NCBI GenBank assembly: GCA_023475035.1
Contig: JAMCXF010000033.1
Coordinates: forward strand, 2,868 to 44,114
Direction: 5' to 3'
Length of the DNA: 41,247 nucleotides
DNA from: Candidatus Pacearchaeota archaeon
GTDB lineage: Archaea > Nanobdellota > Nanobdellia > Pacearchaeales > GW2011-AR1
In this document: positions 17,711-26,327 of the stretch, piece after piece
How the letters are laid out: every line of letters starts with the position of its first letter
Numbering within the stretch: position 1 is the stretch's first letter
Program-made: the position numbers and the translations under genes
The notes under the pieces: model-generated
The model's input: only the letters and a program-made list of their open reading frames with translations
Database searches by the model: none
Told to the model about the DNA's origin: nothing

Positions 17711-18625
17711 TCAGCTTCTTTGTTCTTTCTCTTTTATCTTATCTTCAAGTTTTAATTTTTCAATTAATTCTTTGTAACGATTTCTTATTGTAACTTCTGT
17801 TATTCCTGCAATATCTGCAACTTCTCTTTGCGTTTTTTTCTCGTCATTCATCAAAGCAGCGACGTAAAGAGCAGCAGCTGCAATTCCTGCCGGGCCTCTT
17901 CCCGAAGTCAGTTCAACTTTTTCTGCATTCTTCAAAACTGTCAAAGCATCATTCTGAGTTTTTGGAGACAATTTTAATACAGATGAAAATCTTGAAATGT
18001 AATCTTTTGGGGAACTTTGTTTTACCTTAATTCCCAACTTTCTTATAATGAATCTATAAGTTCTTCCAATCTCTTTTCTTTCGACATCAGAAGCAGTTGT
18101 CATTTCGTCAAGAGTTCTTGGGATGTTATAACTTCTGCACGCAGCATACAAACAGGCAGCAATTACTGACTCCATGCTTCTTCCTCTTACTAATCCTCGC
18201 TGCAAAACATAATTGTAAATTCTTGATGCTTCATCTCTGACGACATTTGGAAGATTCAAATAAGATGCAATAACTCTAAGTTCAGCCATTGCCAGTCTTA
18301 AATTTCTTTCAATAGATGTTGAAACTCTTTCCTGCCATTTTTTTAATCTGAGGAACTTTCTTGTCTGCCCAGGCTCTAATTTGTATATATCAGAAATCTC
18401 TCCGACATTTGTTGTCAAACCTTTGTCAAATTTTTGCATACTTATTGGAGCTCCGCCCCTTCCTTTCTTTTCGTCTTTGTCGAATTTTCCCTGCAAATCA
18501 ATTCCTGTGTCTGCCATTTTTTCCTCGACGACAAGTCCACAATCATTGCATATTATTTCACCAAGATGAGAATCATAAGTAAGGTTTATGCTTCCACATT
18601 CCGGGCATTTTTTTATAAAACTCAT
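17711..18625 (-). CDS. tfb: Transcription initiation factor IIB
   Basis: CPECGS...GEIICNDCGLV zinc ribbon, ERNL..A, GLVRGRS and TQREVA..AG.TEVTIRNRYKE. Confidence 0.97.
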   Translation of the reverse strand: MSFIKKCPECGSINLTYDSHLGEIICNDCGLVVEEKMADTGIDLQGKFDKDEKKGRGGAPISMQKFDKGLTTNVGEISDIYKLEPGQTRKFLRLKKWQERVSTSIERNLRLAMAELRVIASYLNLPNVVRDEASRIYNYVLQRGLVRGRSMESVIAACLYAACRSYNIPRTLDEMTTASDVERKEIGRTYRFIIRKLGIKVKQSSPKDYISRFSSVLKLSPKTQNDALTVLKNAEKVELTSGRGPAGIAAAALYVAALMNDEKKTQREVADIAGITEVTIRNRYKELIEKLKLEDKIKEKEQRS

Positions 18626-18789
18626 TTTAACAGATTTACGGGTAAGATTTATAAAGCTTTTCCCTATTTAAACCTTTCTCGTTTGTTAGTTATTCCAAAA
18701 TGGTAAAATAAAGACAACTAATCGTTTTCTTTATCAAACTTTCCTTTAAATTTGGGTCACGCCTGAGTTTGCTGTAAAAATTTAATAAA

Positions 18790-19152
18790 CTACTTTGAAA
18801 TAAGAATTCCATTCATCACTCCTTCCTGAGAAGGCCTGTTTGTGATTCTGACCTTGCCGAGTTCTGTCTCAACAATTGTTCCTTTTGTAATAATATTTTG
18901 TCTTGCAAGGAATCTGTTTGAAGGTGTCTCTGAAACATTTTTTATCTCTAATTTTTTGCTTTTTCCTTTGTCAAAAATGTTTACGAATTTCGCTCCTAGC
19001 AAAAATATTTTCTCGTTTCCGCCTCTTATTCTTTTGCTTTTTATTTTTTCAGCTCCGAGCTTGACAGTTCTTCTTTGTCCTGCTATTTCTCTTGCCTTTT
19101 TCTTTCTTGGGCGTATGTATTTTCCGCCAGATATTTTTCTTCCAAGTTTCAT
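18790..19152 (-). CDS. rps8e: 30S ribosomal protein S8e (eS8)
   Basis: RK.SGG, R.RGGN.K, R.NIITKG.IVETELGK.RIT.RP.Q.G..NG. Confidence 0.95.
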   Translation of the reverse strand: MKLGRKISGGKYIRPRKKKAREIAGQRRTVKLGAEKIKSKRIRGGNEKIFLLGAKFVNIFDKGKSKKLEIKNVSETPSNRFLARQNIITKGTIVETELGKVRITNRPSQEGVMNGILISK

Positions 19153-19258
19153 ATAAAAGTTTTTGATTTTTTGTTTAAATACTTTTCCTTTCTTTTGACT
19201 ATTTATCTATATACTAAATTGACGAAACTTTTATAAATGAACTTCAATGAATTATTTT

Positions 19259-19507
19259 ATGGTTAGCGGAATTGAAAGACCTTTGGATTTGCTGAATAAC
19301 GCAAAAGGAAAAGAAGTTTTGGTTTACCTGAAAGGCGATAAACAATTTGCAGGAACTCTTTTAGCTTTTGACATTCACATAAACTTAGTTTTAGACAACA
19401 TAAAGGAAATGCAAAATGGAGAAGTAAAAAGAAATCTCGGACTTACATTCTTAAGAGGAGACACAATAATCTGCATTTCTCCAGCATCAAGTGTTTCTAA
19501 AAAATAA
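19259..19507 (+). CDS. Sm-like archaeal protein (Lsm/SmAP)
   Basis: RPLDLL, G.L.AFD.HINLVL and LRGD Sm1/Sm2 motifs. Confidence 0.93.
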   Translation: MVSGIERPLDLLNNAKGKEVLVYLKGDKQFAGTLLAFDIHINLVLDNIKEMQNGEVKRNLGLTFLRGDTIICISPASSVSKK

Positions 19508-19563
19508 GCATTCTAAAATATATTTTGAAAACTTATATAAACGTTTTTTGCTTAATTTAAATT

Positions 19564-20454
19564 ATGATTAAGCTAACTTTTTTAGGAACTTCAGATGCAA
19601 TTCCTACTGCAGAAAGAAATCATACTTCTATTCTGTTGAACTACAAAGAGGAAAATATACTTGTTGACTGCGGAGAAGGAACTCAGAGGCAATTCAGGAA
19701 AGCAAAATTAAATCCGAATAAAGTAACCCGAATTTTAATTACTCACTGGCACGGAGATCACGTTCTGGGAATTCCAGGAATACTTCAGACGTTGAGCTTC
19801 AGCGAATACAATAAAACTCTTTACATTTACGGGCCTCTGGGGACAAAAGAATTTATGAGAAATCTTTTCAAAACTTTTGTTTTTCATAAAAATTTCAAAA
19901 TAGAAGTTGAAGAAGTCAGCGGGAAATTTTTTGAGACAGATGATTTTTATATTGAAGCAGAAAAAATGAGGCATGGCATTCCCTGCAATGCTTACAATTT
20001 TGTAAAAAAAGGAAATTTAAGAATTGACAAAAAGAAACTTGCAAAAACAAAAATTCAGGGGCCGATTTTGAAAAAATTGAAAGATGGAAAAGATATTGTT
20101 TATCAGGGGAAAAAGTATCTTGCTAAAAATTTGACATATACAGAAGACGGAAAAAAAGTTTCGTTTGTTTTTGACACTTCTTTTAATGAAAGAATAGTTC
20201 CTTTTGTAAAAAATTCTGATTTGCTAATCTGTGAATCGACTTTTGGAACAGAGATGGAGGACAGGGCAGAAGAATACAAACATCTTACTTCAAAACAAAC
20301 TGCCGAAATAGCAAAGAAGTCAAACTCTAAAAAACTTATTCTTACGCACATAAGCCAAAGATACAGCAAAAATCCCAAGAAGATTCTTGATTCTGCTAAA
20401 AAGATATTCAAGAATTCTCACTTAGTGAAAGATTTGGATGAGATTGAAGTTTAA
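19564..20454 (+). CDS. rnz: Ribonuclease Z
   Basis: LTFLGT...PT.ERN, DCGEGTQRQ, ITHWHGDH, ESTF, LTHISQRY. Confidence 0.96.
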   Translation: MIKLTFLGTSDAIPTAERNHTSILLNYKEENILVDCGEGTQRQFRKAKLNPNKVTRILITHWHGDHVLGIPGILQTLSFSEYNKTLYIYGPLGTKEFMRNLFKTFVFHKNFKIEVEEVSGKFFETDDFYIEAEKMRHGIPCNAYNFVKKGNLRIDKKKLAKTKIQGPILKKLKDGKDIVYQGKKYLAKNLTYTEDGKKVSFVFDTSFNERIVPFVKNSDLLICESTFGTEMEDRAEEYKHLTSKQTAEIAKKSNSKKLILTHISQRYSKNPKKILDSAKKIFKNSHLVKDLDEIEV

Positions 20455-20494
20455 TAGAAAGGTTTTAAATAGAATTTTTTCTTATGTTGATTAT

Positions 20495-20615
20495 GCCCTG
20501 GTAGCTCAGCCTGGATAGAGCATTAGCCTTCTAAGTGAGATGGGAAATCTCCCATTCTTCCTTTCGAGGAAAAGAAGAAAGCTAAGGGTCGCAGGTTCAA
20601 ATCCTGTCCGGGGCG
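20495..20615 (+). tRNA. tRNA-Arg(UCU) with 46-nt intron (20534-20579) at position 37/38
   Basis: GCCCTGG...CCGGGGC-G; TTAGC-CTTCTA/intron/A-GCTAA; central helix CTTC:GAAG with a 3-nt 3' bulge (relaxed BHB). Confidence 0.92.
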
Positions 20616-20624
20616 TTTAATAAA

Positions 20625-21464
20625 ATGAAAAAGAGTGCTGAAAATCTGACTTTTCCTTTGAAGGGGAAATATGTAGCAATGCTTGCTCCTAGTTTTGTCG
20701 TTGATTTTTCTTACCCTCAAATAATTTCGCAGCTTCACAATCTAGGATTTGACAAGGTTGTTGAACTTACTTTTGGAGCCAAACTTGTAAATCGGGAATA
20801 TCATAAAATTCTTGAAAAATCCAAAGAACTTGTTATCTCAAGCGTCTGTCCCGGAGTTGTTGAGACAATCAAATCAAAATATCCTCAATATAAAAAAAAT
20901 TTGATTCCTGTTGACAGTCCGATGATTGCAATGGCTAAAATCTGCAGAAAGATTTATCCCGAGCACAAAGTTGTTTTTATCTCTCCCTGCAATTTCAAAA
21001 AGGTAGAATCTGAAAAATCTGATTTTGTTGATTATGCTATTGATTACAAGGAACTCAAAACTCTTTTTCAAAAGCATAAATCGAAAAAAAATAATTCAGG
21101 AACTTTTGACAAATTTTACAATGACTATACAAAGATTTATCCGATTGCAGGAGGATTGTACAAAACTGCTCATTTGAAGAATATTCTCGAAGATGATGAA
21201 GCAGTCATAATTGACGGAATCGACAGAGTAACTGCTTTTCTTGACAATCCGGATCCTAAAATAAGATTTCTCGACGTGAACTTTTGCAAAGGGGGATGCA
21301 TCGGAGGGCTGTGTGTAAACTCTAAGCTTCCTTTATTATTGCGGAGAAAGAAAGTTCTTGATTATCTTAAACTTGCAGAAAAAGAAGAAATTCCTGAAGG
21401 GAGCAAAGGAATAATAAAAGAAGCAAAAGGTATTTCTTTAAATTCTTCATATCCGACTTCTTGA
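20625..21464 (+). CDS. Minimal [FeFe]-hydrogenase-like protein (H-domain only, 279 aa)
   Basis: APS motif; P1-like ISSVCPG; P2-like FISPCNFKKVE; P3-like LDVNFCKGGCIGG; no ferredoxin domain. Confidence 0.85.
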   Translation: MKKSAENLTFPLKGKYVAMLAPSFVVDFSYPQIISQLHNLGFDKVVELTFGAKLVNREYHKILEKSKELVISSVCPGVVETIKSKYPQYKKNLIPVDSPMIAMAKICRKIYPEHKVVFISPCNFKKVESEKSDFVDYAIDYKELKTLFQKHKSKKNNSGTFDKFYNDYTKIYPIAGGLYKTAHLKNILEDDEAVIIDGIDRVTAFLDNPDPKIRFLDVNFCKGGCIGGLCVNSKLPLLLRRKKVLDYLKLAEKEEIPEGSKGIIKEAKGISLNSSYPTS

Positions 21465-21514
21465 TTTAAAATCTAAAGAGAAAAATTTATAAACTATTTT
21501 TTAAATGAAAATTT

Positions 21515-21832
21515 ATGAACATAGAAAAAATAACACAAGAAGAATTGGACAAAAATGCAAATCAAAAAATTCTTTTTATCGAAAAGTCATATAAGAGAGA
21601 TAGTGGTTCCTGCATAAATCAGAATTTGCTAGCTGTTTTAGGAACATACAAAAGAATTGAATCAGGCTGTCTGATTTTACAAGATACCTGCATTGCCGGA
21701 CAATCGCAGATGAATTCTACTTCTCCTCAGGAAATACTTTCTTCATTAGCAAAATGCAAGGTTATAAATGGCGAATCTCTGTATACTAAATCGCTATTTC
21801 ATTCAGATATTTACAGAGTTGCTGTAGACTAA
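21515..21832 (+). CDS. Hypothetical protein (105 aa)
   Basis: ATG ORF preceded by TATA-like tttataaa; no recognisable motif. Confidence 0.6.
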   Translation: MNIEKITQEELDKNANQKILFIEKSYKRDSGSCINQNLLAVLGTYKRIESGCLILQDTCIAGQSQMNSTSPQEILSSLAKCKVINGESLYTKSLFHSDIYRVAVD

Positions 21833-21930
21833 TTTTCTGTATAGTCCCGAATAAACAATTTTATATCCTCTACTACACCTGTGCCAATTATAATTAACTT
21901 TAAAAGTTTTGAATTTCTTTATTTTTATAT

Positions 21931-22044
21931 GCGCGGGTGGCACAGCGGCTACTGCGTCTCCCTGCAGGTCGGAATCATAGATTCCTCGCTCTACTCTTGC
22001 GAGCAGAGAGGAGATTTTCACGGGTTCGAGTCCCGTCCCGCGCT
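21931..22044 (+). tRNA. tRNA-Cys(GCA) with 41-nt intron (21968-22008) at position 37/38
   Basis: GCGCGGG...CCCGCGC-T; TCTCC-CTGCAG/intron/A-GGAGA; canonical BHB (CTGC:GCAG helix, two 3-nt bulges, TCG:CGA intron helix). Confidence 0.93.
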
Positions 22045-22090
22045 TCCAATCATTCGCTTTTAAATCGTTTCGGCTATTTTCAGAATAATA

Positions 22091-23881
22091 CTACTTTGTG
22101 AATCTAGGTTTTGCTCCTGTTAAATCCAGGTATTTATCTTTTACCTTTTCTTGAATTTCTTTTTTCTTGGTAATCTTTGCTCTTGGAATTGTGATTCTCG
22201 CAGATATTTTCTTTTTGGGCAATTTGACTTGTTTTTTATGGGCTTTTTTTCTTTTTCTTTTTTTAGTATTTTTTTTCTGTCTTTTCCTTTGATAAATATA
22301 AATTATAACTCCTAATAACACAGCTATCCCCAGCACTACAAACATGTTGGTATTCTGTTTTATAACATTGAATGTTGCCGTTGCACTTGCAAATCTTTCA
22401 TTATATTTAACTTTGACATAAAGAATATATTTCCCGCTGTTTACATTTTCAGGAACTTTAATCCTTTTTAAAAAACCAACTTTCGTTTCCACAGCAATTG
22501 TTTCTTTTTCTGTTAATACTTTATTCCCTTCATCATCTTCTATTACATATTCTATTTCTACATCTGCTCTTTTGAGGAGTCCAAGGTTGAATAACTCTAT
22601 TTCGGCAAGAATTTCCTTTCCTGGCAAAACATTAGAATATTCTTCGGGAATATTTACTCTCAAATCAAAAAGGGCGTCTTTATATTCAACTTCTATCATT
22701 ACTAAAACTTCCTCTGTTGTCATACCATTTTTTATAATCAACTTCCCAACATATAAATCTGGAACAACTTCTTCCCTTATTATTACGTCAAAAGAAATGT
22801 CTCTTGTTTCTCCAGCCTCTAATTCAATCTGCGTTTCATCTAACAGAATAATACCGTCAAGATTTTCCTCAGTTAATGATATGCTTATTTTTTCATCTAA
22901 AATATTTGTTATTGTAATCTTTTTTGTTGTTATACTTCCGGGAGTGAGAGATATACTTATTTCACTAGAATCTAAACTAAAACTTTTAATTTTTTTTATA
23001 ACAGCACCGTCTCCTCCAGAACCGCCGCTGGAACTTCCACCTGCCGGTATTATAGGAGGGACAACAACAGGAGTTTCTTCTGCGGAATAAACTGAAAAAG
23101 ATGTAACATTAAATTTTAAGATTCCTCCTGCATAAGACTCTAATGTGCAAATTGTTGAAGGGCAAATATTCCCTTCTCGTAAAATTCTCGGATCTGAAAA
23201 AGTTAAATCATAAAGAGACAGCGTAGCTGTTTTGTTAAAATTTGGGAGAGCTGTTGAATTTATTGCGATTCTATTCGATGAGATGTTAATATAAGAATTA
23301 ATATCAATCTCACCATCAGAGAAATCTTCATCGTCTGTCAGATTTATATTTTCATTAAATTTTATTTTTCCAAAATCTGTATTCTCTAAAATTATATCAC
23401 TAAAATTTTGCAGTTCTTCATAAGAATAATTGGAAAAATTAGTTGTTTCTCCTTTTTTCTCCCCCTCATATTTATTTTTGTTTACAGAAAATTTTGAAGA
23501 ATCAACAAAAAAAGTGACATTTTTTAATATCTCTCCATTTGAATTGCTTGCATACAAAAATAAAATATGACTTCCTTGAGACGTGCTAAAAGATGTTGAA
23601 TGTGTCAATGTTATATTTTCGCCAGAATCAAGGCTATACCAAACACTTTCTTCATTGCTTGCTGTATAACTAATCGGAATTGATTGATTTCTTATATATG
23701 TTTGATTTTTTGGATTGATTAGGCTCAATACTGGAAGTTCGGCTGAAACAGAAAGGTTTTTGAAAAGATTTCCTTCAATTGCAGATGAGGGGGTTATTGA
23801 AGATGCAGGGCTGACTGAAACCCATGCATTTACATTTAATGATAAAAAAATAACCAAAACTAGAAAAAAAATTTTTTTCAT
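22091..23881 (-). CDS. Cell-surface protein with Ig-like domains, Gly/Ser linker, C-terminal TM and basic tail
   Basis: Signal peptide; many N-x-S/T sequons; GGSSSGGSGG linker; TM MFVVLGIAVLLGVIIYIY followed by a Lys-rich tail. Confidence 0.8.
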   Translation of the reverse strand: MKKIFFLVLVIFLSLNVNAWVSVSPASSITPSSAIEGNLFKNLSVSAELPVLSLINPKNQTYIRNQSIPISYTASNEESVWYSLDSGENITLTHSTSFSTSQGSHILFLYASNSNGEILKNVTFFVDSSKFSVNKNKYEGEKKGETTNFSNYSYEELQNFSDIILENTDFGKIKFNENINLTDDEDFSDGEIDINSYINISSNRIAINSTALPNFNKTATLSLYDLTFSDPRILREGNICPSTICTLESYAGGILKFNVTSFSVYSAEETPVVVPPIIPAGGSSSGGSGGDGAVIKKIKSFSLDSSEISISLTPGSITTKKITITNILDEKISISLTEENLDGIILLDETQIELEAGETRDISFDVIIREEVVPDLYVGKLIIKNGMTTEEVLVMIEVEYKDALFDLRVNIPEEYSNVLPGKEILAEIELFNLGLLKRADVEIEYVIEDDEGNKVLTEKETIAVETKVGFLKRIKVPENVNSGKYILYVKVKYNERFASATATFNVIKQNTNMFVVLGIAVLLGVIIYIYQRKRQKKNTKKRKRKKAHKKQVKLPKKKISARITIPRAKITKKKEIQEKVKDKYLDLTGAKPRFTK

Positions 23882-26235
23882 CTCAAATTGGTCAATTCAG
23901 TTCTGTTTATCTTTAGTTCCATGTAATCCATCTGCATAATATTCGCTGCTGCATCGGTTGTGTTCTGTGAAACTAACACACCAAAGCCGGTTTCTCTACC
24001 GCCAGCAGTAGGAATATTTGACGTTACAGAAGATGTCCAAAGCTGGGCCCCGCTAGCATAATTGTACAGTGAAAAAGCAACTGATGTTGCTTCGCTGTTC
24101 ACAACCACTTCCCCTATATACCATATATTACTCGCAATTGTGTAAGTTGAACCTGTTGATGTCGGGCCCGCATTATTTTTGCACATTCCTTTTAATGTAT
24201 TGGCTGCTGTCGTATTAACATCAATCCAACATCCATCAGTTGGTTCGGCAGCAGTAATTGAATCCATAAAACCCATTCTGTATCTAACGTTGGTTCTTGC
24301 CGTAGCATGCTGAAAAATAAACCTTGCTGATTCATTTCCAGCAATTCTAAAAGCAGCAACATCTGTCATTACTCTAAATCCTCCATTTGCTGTTGTCGAA
24401 TCTCTTAGTGCAATAATTCCAGGATGGCTTGCATTTCCTGCAATTGCTACACCTGTTCCTGACGAAATTGCAGCTCCTAAAAATGGATCGTAAGAAAGTG
24501 TCGTGCTATAAGATAAAAATTCCTGAGATATTTTCCAAGGAGGGACACTACTTGAACCGCTTCCTGTTTCATCTGCTGTACAAGTAAATATTCCTGTTGA
24601 ATTATCATAGGCTGAAATTTTATCTGTTCCTGAACAAGTTATTGTTGACGCATTTGTTTTAGAGTCGCCGCCTGCTCCTGTCGCATCTGTACAAAAATCA
24701 GCGTCTGTTCCATCATCTTGAGTAATATTTTTACAGGATATTTTAGTTCTGTTCTGTTCTCCGATATGCAATGCTGAATTATTTACCAGTGTAACATTTG
24801 TACTAATCATTGAGAAAAACCATCTATTATCCCAAGTTGTATTCCAATTTGTAAATGTTAATTGTGAATAATTAAGAGAGATGTTAGTTGCCCAAGTTGA
24901 AATGTCGATAATGCCGAGTATTAATCGCGAAAAAAAACCAGTATTCGCGGTTAAATTCTTGCTTACAGTAAGATTATTGAAGCTGACATTTGCAGTTGTA
25001 TTTAACTGCTGATCAAAATAATTTACTCCTCCGCCACTGCTTGTGATTGTGCACAAATTGCTAACTGCACCTGTAATATTAGAACAGGACAAAGTTGTCA
25101 TATTTTGTCCTCTCGTTATTGACAAGTTTGCAATCATCGACGCTGTTGCATTATACAAATTTTGGATATTTTTTGTGTTGTTTATTATTGATGAATTTAA
25201 AATAAAAGAACTGTGAAAATCAGTAAAACTAAAATCTCCTCCGCCACTGACTAATTGTGAAATTGACAAGTTTGCAATCATCGACGCTGTTGCATTATAC
25301 AAATTTCCAAGATTTGCAGTGGTGTTAATTGTCAATCCTTGCTGTGCAGTTACATTGACTGCAGTTATTCTTCCATCTGTATATGTGTTTGCAAATGCAG
25401 TCCAGTTTCTTGAAATGTTTGCAATCCAGTTTGAAATATTTATATCACCTTCAATAAATATTGAACCTGTTACATTCAGAACATTTGACAAATTCGTCCA
25501 TGTTCCTGCAAAATTATTTGACTGATTTGTAAATGCCAAATTTGCATAATTCATTCCTCCCACTCCGCTTTGGCTTATCGATAAGTTTGCAATCATCGAC
25601 GCTGTTGCATTATACAATTCCTGAATATTTTTTGTTGTATTCTTTAAAAATAACTTGCTGCTATTCCAATTTCCAAAAAAAGTATCCGCTGTTATATTAT
25701 TTGTTGTATTAATTGCTCCGCTTCCATTTATTTTCCCATTAAAATCAATATCTTGAACGAATAAAGTTGTGATTCTTGTGACTAAATCCCCCAACCAAGA
25801 AAAAAATCCTGTGCCTACTGTTGTCATATTATAATTTATTATGTTTAGATTGGAGTCTGCTTCAATTCCGCTTATCGTTATATTTCTTGCTCTGAAAGCA
25901 TAAGGGACTCTCGCAATTTTTTCATTTGATTGTAATATTCCTGTTCTATAAACACAAAGCCAATATTGTTCTGAATAATTCAGATTTGTATTTTCTAAAT
26001 AATAAGAAATTATCCCTTGCGCATCTGTTGTTTGAGTGGAATAATTTGTATATATTGGATTATTGCAATCATCAGCAATTGAAATATTAAATTCAAATTT
26101 GAAATCCCCTGTAACAATATCTCCGTTTGTATCTACTGCCTGCACATTAACATGAATTGAATCATTTACGGGGACGGCATAAATAAAATTAACAAAAAGA
26201 ATGCATATTGCAATTAAAAAGATTTTTTTCATCAT
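23878..26235 (-). CDS. Secreted Asn/Thr-rich fibre-like glycoprotein with internal repeats
   Basis: Signal peptide; dense N-x-S/T sequons; three LYNATASMIANLSI repeats; beta-rich C-terminal domain; stop overlaps the next start. Confidence 0.8.
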   Translation of the reverse strand: MMKKIFLIAICILFVNFIYAVPVNDSIHVNVQAVDTNGDIVTGDFKFEFNISIADDCNNPIYTNYSTQTTDAQGIISYYLENTNLNYSEQYWLCVYRTGILQSNEKIARVPYAFRARNITISGIEADSNLNIINYNMTTVGTGFFSWLGDLVTRITTLFVQDIDFNGKINGSGAINTTNNITADTFFGNWNSSKLFLKNTTKNIQELYNATASMIANLSISQSGVGGMNYANLAFTNQSNNFAGTWTNLSNVLNVTGSIFIEGDINISNWIANISRNWTAFANTYTDGRITAVNVTAQQGLTINTTANLGNLYNATASMIANLSISQLVSGGGDFSFTDFHSSFILNSSIINNTKNIQNLYNATASMIANLSITRGQNMTTLSCSNITGAVSNLCTITSSGGGVNYFDQQLNTTANVSFNNLTVSKNLTANTGFFSRLILGIIDISTWATNISLNYSQLTFTNWNTTWDNRWFFSMISTNVTLVNNSALHIGEQNRTKISCKNITQDDGTDADFCTDATGAGGDSKTNASTITCSGTDKISAYDNSTGIFTCTADETGSGSSSVPPWKISQEFLSYSTTLSYDPFLGAAISSGTGVAIAGNASHPGIIALRDSTTANGGFRVMTDVAAFRIAGNESARFIFQHATARTNVRYRMGFMDSITAAEPTDGCWIDVNTTAANTLKGMCKNNAGPTSTGSTYTIASNIWYIGEVVVNSEATSVAFSLYNYASGAQLWTSSVTSNIPTAGGRETGFGVLVSQNTTDAAANIMQMDYMELKINRTELTNLR
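25118..25617. repeat. Three dispersed intragenic direct repeats
   Basis: 45 bp identical at 25118-25162 and 25262-25306; the 35-bp core recurs at 25583-25617. Confidence 0.9.
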
Positions 26236-26327
26236 CCCCTCTGTAAAATATATACATTTCTCTTTTAAAACTCTTTTTGTTCTCTTTATTCAAAATATTT
26301 AAAAAGTGTAGTGCCTAATAATTTTTT

